A DNA stretch of 39,648 nucleotides, taken from contig JBHGNT010000282.1 in NCBI GenBank assembly GCA_043228905.1, forward strand, positions 1 to 39,648, read 5' to 3'. The position numbers were made by a program, and so were the translations under genes. The notes under the pieces are model-generated. The model did no database searches. It was not told the DNA's origin and saw nothing but the letters and a program-made list of their open reading frames with translations. The DNA comes from Azolla caroliniana (taxonomy: Eukaryota; Plantae; Polypodiophyta). This document shows, piece by piece, positions 34,601 to 39,648 of the stretch. How positions within the stretch are numbered: the stretch's first letter is position 1; the number at the start of each line of letters is the position of its first letter.

Positions 34601-34736
34601 ACCCGGCTACGGAGCCGGATGACGAAGACCCGGTTCCGGATCCGGATGATGAAGACCCCGGCTACGGAGCCGGATGACGAAGACCCGGTTCCGGATACGG
34701 ATGATGAAGACCCCGGCTACGGAGCCGGATGACGAA
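34601..34736 (+). repeat. Alternating 27-28-bp tandem repeat (A-B-A-B-A) in the U3 of LTR I
   Basis: A = ACCCGGCTACGGAGCCGGATGACGAAG; B = ACCCGGTTCCGGATCCGGATGATGAAG. Confidence 0.9.
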
Positions 34737-35235
34737 TGTACCCGGAGAGAGATCCGGATGCGGGGACATATTTGTGAATATGTTTGCCAAGGGCCCTCGA
34801 GGCTATATTTGTAAATAGCCCGAAAGTCATATGTGTATAAATATGACTTAGGGCAAACAATTTTGTAGTTGTTGCTCATTTTTTTCTGTTTTCACTTAGA
34901 GGGAGCGAAGTGAGAGCAGCCGAGAGAGAGAGAGAGAAAGGAAGAGTTCGACGCCTCTGTGTAATACCTCCGCCTGTGGCGAGGACAGCGAGCTCAAGGT
35001 CGTCGCCTTGCAGCTCGCCATTGTACATTCCCTGCGTATAGTGATAGTTGGAGTCTTGCACGCCCGTGGTTTTTCCCATTTAGGGTTTTCCACGTAAACA
35101 TCCTGTGTACTCTTCTCTCTAGTGTCTTCGTGTTTCATTTTTGTATTTCCTGTTTTCTGTGAGTTGATCCGATTCCTCGCTTGTGGCTGAGCACTGCGTT
35201 TAACAAGTGGTATCAGAGCGAGGTTAACACAGAAA

Positions 35236-37794
35236 ATGGAAGGCGGCGGTAGTGGGCCTCCGGGCATGATGGTGTTGAACTCACAGAACTACGCCGACTG
35301 GAAGATAAAGATGGAAGACCTTCTCATCGTCCGAGACCTGTACGAACCGATCGACAATGCCGAGATACCCAAGGGGGTAATAGAGTCGGAGTGGAAGCTC
35401 CTGAACCGGAAAGCCGTAGCGACGATCCAGCAATATGTCGATGTAAGTGTTCTGCAACATGTGGCGAACGATACGAACGCCTATGAGATGTGGCAGAAGC
35501 TGTCCGGACTGTATGAGAGGAAAAATGCTCTGACCCGGACCTCCCTGATGAGGAAGATAGTGAATCTTAAGTACCGGGACGGCGAGAGCATGGTCGAACA
35601 CGTCAGCACGTTCATGGGATTCGTGAACCAGCTTGCGGCGATCAAGTTCCCGTTGGATGACGCAATGCAAGCCATCATGCTGATGTGTACCCTTCCGGAG
35701 AGCTGGGAGAACTTGGTAGTTACTCTCAGCACCGCCTGTAAGGAAGAGAACTTGTCTTTACTAACAGTAAAGACAAGTATTCTAAATGAAGAAGCGCGTC
35801 GAAGAGATAAAGAACCGGCCTCCGACTCGAAGGCGCTGCTTACCGAATCGGAACGGGGAAGACAACAGAACCGGAGTCCGCAAAGACGGGAGAAGTCGGG
35901 GACACGGTCGCAGTCGAGGGGAAGACCTACATGCTTCTACTGTGGGAAGCCGGGGCACTTCCAGAAGAACTGTCGGCATTTCCGGAAAGACAACGGAACC
36001 GACGGTACAGATTCGAAGAAGTCACCGGAACGAAACGGTGCATACCGGGGAGCCATGGACCGGAGAGGTCCGGATCGGCGAGGGCAGGACCGGAAAGGAA
36101 CGACGGCACTCGCGGCAAGTGAAGAAGAGATAATGCTCATTACCGAAGAGAGGGAGCTGAACCTTGCCGGTGAAGAGATGACCTGGGTGGTCGATTCCGG
36201 AGCGTCGTTCCACCTGACCCCGGAGAAGAAATACTTCTCATCCTACACAGCCGGTGAGCACGGCTGTGTCCGGATGGGAAATGAAGGTACATGCCGGATT
36301 GCCGGCATAGGAGACGTGTGGCTGATGACATCAACCGGATGCAAGATGCTGCTGAAGGATGTCCGACACGTTCCGGAGGTTCGATTGAACCTGATTTCGG
36401 CCGGGAGGCTAGACGATGAAGGCTACACGGGTAGCATCCGGAATGGTGTCATGAAGTTCAGCAAAGGGAGCCTGATAGTGGCTCGGGCCCGGAAGGTCAA
36501 CACACTGTACCTGATGAATTCCCGGCTATGTCCGGAGGAGCTGAACGTGGCAGCTGACACTTCCGGTGAGCTGTGGCACAAGAGACTGTGCCACATGAGC
36601 GAGAAGGGGATGAAGAGGCTTGCCGAAGACAACCTGATACCGGTAAAGCACGTACACCTGGGGAAGTGTACCGACTGTCTGGCCGGTAAGCAGAACCGAA
36701 CCTCCTTCCACTCAAGGCCACCGACGAGACGTAGCGCACCATTGGAGTTGGTGCACACTGACGTGTGTCAAGTAGAAACGAAGTCACATGGCGGAGCCCA
36801 GTACTTCGTGACATTCATTGATGACCACAGCCGGAAGCTGTGGACGGCACCGTTGAAGACAAAGGACCAAGTATTGTCCGTCTTCAAAGAACTCCACGCG
36901 AGAGTGGAAAGAGAATCCGGCAAGAAGCTGAAAGCACTACGAGCGGATAACGGAGGAGAATACCGAGGGATATTTGAGGAGTATTACCGTTCGATGGGAA
37001 TCCGGCTCGAGTTTACTGTGCCGAAGACGCCGGAACTGAACGGGCTGGCCGAGAGGATGAACCGGACCATAATGGAGAGGGTCCGGAGTATGCTAGCACA
37101 TGCGAAATTACCCAAGGGATTTTGGGCTGAGGCAATGTTGACGGCGACATATGTGATAAATAGATCACCCTCAGTACCCCTGGATGGAGACACGCCACAG
37201 AGAGTGTGGACCGGTAAGGAAGCGTCCTACCGGCATCTGAAGGTGTTCGGGTGTCTCGCATACGTGCATGTGGCAAAGGACCGGAGAGGAAAGTTAGATC
37301 CAAAGACCCGGCCATGCATATTCCTCGGTTACGGCGACGACGAGTTCGGCTACCGAGTATGGGACCCGGTCGACAAGAAGATATTCAGGAGTCGAGATAT
37401 CATCTTCATGGAGGACAAGACACTCGCCGACTGGGAGTCGGAGAAGAAGATGAAGAGCTCCAAGTCGACCGGTGAGGATCAACTCTACGAGGAGCAGTCC
37501 CGACCGGCAAAGGACCGGTTAGCACTTAAGGATCCGGCCGAAGACGGTGAAGAAACAGAACCGGCCGAGGAAGATGAAACTGATACCGGAACCGGCCCCG
37601 ATCCCGAAATGGATTCGGATGAAGAGAAAACGGAGGAGCCGGTTACCGAAGCTCCGGAACGGAGATATCCTCTCAGAGAGAGAAGGGCCCCCCGAAGATT
37701 TCCGGATCCAGAGCACGTGTTGCTGACCGACGAGGGGGAGCCATGCAGGACGAGATGGATTCCCTGCATGAGAACCACACATATGAACTTGTGA
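35236..37794 (+). CDS. Copia polyprotein gag-protease-integrase (852-aa open frame, frameshifted just before RT)
   Basis: NYADWKIKMEDLL; CFYCGKPGHFQKNC; WVVDSGASFH; LWHKRLCHMS..CTDC; HTDVC, FIDDHSR, ADNGGEY, NGLAERMNRT; CIFLGY. Confidence 0.9.
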   Translation: MEGGGSGPPGMMVLNSQNYADWKIKMEDLLIVRDLYEPIDNAEIPKGVIESEWKLLNRKAVATIQQYVDVSVLQHVANDTNAYEMWQKLSGLYERKNALTRTSLMRKIVNLKYRDGESMVEHVSTFMGFVNQLAAIKFPLDDAMQAIMLMCTLPESWENLVVTLSTACKEENLSLLTVKTSILNEEARRRDKEPASDSKALLTESERGRQQNRSPQRREKSGTRSQSRGRPTCFYCGKPGHFQKNCRHFRKDNGTDGTDSKKSPERNGAYRGAMDRRGPDRRGQDRKGTTALAASEEEIMLITEERELNLAGEEMTWVVDSGASFHLTPEKKYFSSYTAGEHGCVRMGNEGTCRIAGIGDVWLMTSTGCKMLLKDVRHVPEVRLNLISAGRLDDEGYTGSIRNGVMKFSKGSLIVARARKVNTLYLMNSRLCPEELNVAADTSGELWHKRLCHMSEKGMKRLAEDNLIPVKHVHLGKCTDCLAGKQNRTSFHSRPPTRRSAPLELVHTDVCQVETKSHGGAQYFVTFIDDHSRKLWTAPLKTKDQVLSVFKELHARVERESGKKLKALRADNGGEYRGIFEEYYRSMGIRLEFTVPKTPELNGLAERMNRTIMERVRSMLAHAKLPKGFWAEAMLTATYVINRSPSVPLDGDTPQRVWTGKEASYRHLKVFGCLAYVHVAKDRRGKLDPKTRPCIFLGYGDDEFGYRVWDPVDKKIFRSRDIIFMEDKTLADWESEKKMKSSKSTGEDQLYEEQSRPAKDRLALKDPAEDGEETEPAEEDETDTGTGPDPEMDSDEEKTEEPVTEAPERRYPLRERRAPRRFPDPEHVLLTDEGEPCRTRWIPCMRTTHMNL

Positions 37795-38110
37795 AGTTGC
37801 CGAAAGGAAAACGGGCACTTCGAAACAAGTGGGTGTTCAAGCTGAAACCGGGAGATGCCGGCAACCCCCCGAGATACAAAGCCAGGATCGTGGTGAAGGG
37901 GTTCCAGCAGAAGAAGGGCGTCGACTTCGACGAGATATTTGCCCCGGTAGTGAAGATGACCTCCATCCGGACGGTGCTGAGCATAGCGGCAAGCATGGAC
38001 CTCGAGGTAGAACAGATGGACGTGAAGACGGCATTCCTTCACGGTGACCTCGAAGAAGAGATCTACATGCAGCAACCGGAAGGATTCGAGAAGAAAGGGA
38101 AGGAGCACCT
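37743..38110 (+). pseudogene. Reverse transcriptase N-terminal part of I
   Basis: MQDEMDSL, YKARIVVKGF, QMDVKTAFLHGDLEEEIYMQQPEGF; cut by LTR K. Confidence 0.93.
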
Positions 38111-39648
38111 TGTTAAGAAAACGTGAAGAAGGCACTCGGGCTCTTCTTTTGTATGCGCGGCGGATCGTAGTGTGCTGGATCGTGAGCGTGCTCTAAACAG
38201 ACAGAGAAAGGAAAGGGGACTTACCTCTGTAGTAGCAAAATGGTTTTCTTCTATTACATGTAGAGCTCAACTTGCTCTCGTCAGTCTTCTGGTCTCTCAC
38301 TCTCTCAGAGTTCTCTACTCACTATTCTCTGTTTTTTCTTTACTGCTTACTACCTATTCACTCTCACTTGCTTTTACCTAAGTCATAAGTTATTACACAT
38401 GCAGCTAATTAGCTGCCAGTAGCTAAATAGCTGTTCACTAGCTAATTTGCTGTCACTAGCTAAATAGCTGTTCTACCTTTTGTTCACTAGTAGCTAAATA
38501 GCTACTATAGCTTATTTCTCATAAGCATCACATACCATGTGGAGCTTGCTTCTCAACACTCCCCCTCAAGCTCAACTTATTCTTGCTTGAGGTTCTCTTC
38601 AATCTTCTTTTCCATTTTGCTTTTTAGCCATCTCATCAATGTTTACAACTCCCATCATGTTCCGAAACTGTGTATGTTTTTCCACACTCAATCCCTTCGT
38701 AAGGATATCAGCAACCTGCTGATTTGTATTCACATACACCAGATCAACTTCACCTTCCATCACTTTTTCTCTAACAAAGTGATAATGCACCTCAATGTGC
38801 TTTGTTCTTGCATGGAACACTGGGTTCTTTGCAAGCTGAATGCTGCTCATATTGTCACACCAGATTGTGACAGCACCATCTATATATACTCCCAGATGAG
38901 CAAGCAGTCTTCTGATCCATACTTCTTCACATGTGGCTATTGCAGCCCCTCTATACTCAGCTTCTGTACTGGACAATGCAACAGTAGCCTGTTTCTTGCT
39001 ACTCCATGAAATTCCTGCACTTCCCAAGGTAAACATGTATCCACTTGTGGATCTCCTGTCTGTTTGGCTTCCAGCCCAATCAGCATCTGTATATCCTTCC
39101 AGATTTATGTCTAGATCAGCCCTGTAAAATAGTCCAAAGTTCTGAGTTGCTTTTACATACCTCAGAATCCTTCTGATGCAGTCCAAATGTGGCTTTGTTG
39201 GCTGTTGCATAAACTGGCTGACTAATCCGACATCATAGCTCAAATCAGGTCTTGTTATAGTCAAATAAATAAGGCTGCCCACCATAGACCTGTACATGTT
39301 TACATCTTCTATCTTGGCTCCCAAATCAGCCCTCAACTTGCAGTTTTTATCAAGTGGTACTCCAATAGGTTTGCATCCAAGCATACCATACTTTTTCAAC
39401 ATAGTTGTTGCGTACTATTTTTGCAACATACATATACCACTTTCAGATCTGATGATTTCAATACCAAGAAAATATCTCAGATCTCCCAAATCTTTCATAT
39501 GAAACTGCATTTCCAGATTTTTTTTCAACTTCCTTATTTCATCCACGGAATCTCCTCCAATAATCAAATCATCTACATAAATCAGAATAATAACAATGCA
39601 ATCATTTTCACTTTTTACATACAAAGAAGGATCAGCTTTTGACATTTT
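38111..39648 (-). mobile_element. Ty1/Copia element K, 3' end (LTR 38111-38558, PPT, RNase H, RT); continues beyond the window
   Basis: TG...CA LTR; PPT 38559-38575 identical to that of C; predicted TSD CACCT (38106-38110). Confidence 0.92.
38599..39645 (-). pseudogene. Copia K RT/RNase H (one in-frame TAG at 39415-39417)
   Basis: IYVDDLII, YFLGIEI, TRPDL, YTDADWAG, KHIEVHYHFVRE, QVADILTKGL. Confidence 0.93.

Larger units (their letters stand above)
34527..38110 (+). mobile_element. Tnt1/Tork-like Copia element I (5' LTR, gag-PR-IN, start of RT), interrupted by K
   Basis: LTR 34527-35205 TGTTG...TAACA; PBS TGGTATCAGAGC 35208-35219; long open ORF. Confidence 0.93.

Overview
A eukaryotic heterochromatin-like window, most likely from a land plant (the families resemble those of non-seed plants; this is inference). 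It contains no recognisable host gene. It is almost entirely a stack of nested, mostly decayed LTR retrotransposons plus one LINE 3' remnant. Left to right: Copia A (minus, lacks RT/RNase H); an AT-rich spacer with an L1 zf-RVT/poly(A) remnant; tRNA-Trp-primed Gypsy B (plus, broken). B is fused to an Athila-like 3' fragment G2 that carries a 1.28-kb (A7-9G)n tract, a solo LTR (TSD AATCG) and an extra ORF. Next is Athila-like element G (minus), which holds Copia C (TSD AACCG), which in turn holds the gag-only Trp-primed element H (757-bp LTRs, 4-bp TSD). Then come orphan LTR F, Tnt1/Tork-like E holding Copia D (TSD TTTCC), LTR fragment J, and the CCGG-rich Tnt1/Tork-like element I, interrupted by CpG-poor Copia K. 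Best leads: (1) a conserved unannotated post-integrase ORF shared by two diverged Athila-like copies, with PMD/Athila-ORF-like motifs; (2) non-autonomous element H, whose Gag is extended by a repeated ~40-aa module; (3) strong family-specific CCGG enrichment; (4) a candidate -1 frameshift cassette after protease in B. All counts and alignments were done by eye and should be recomputed.
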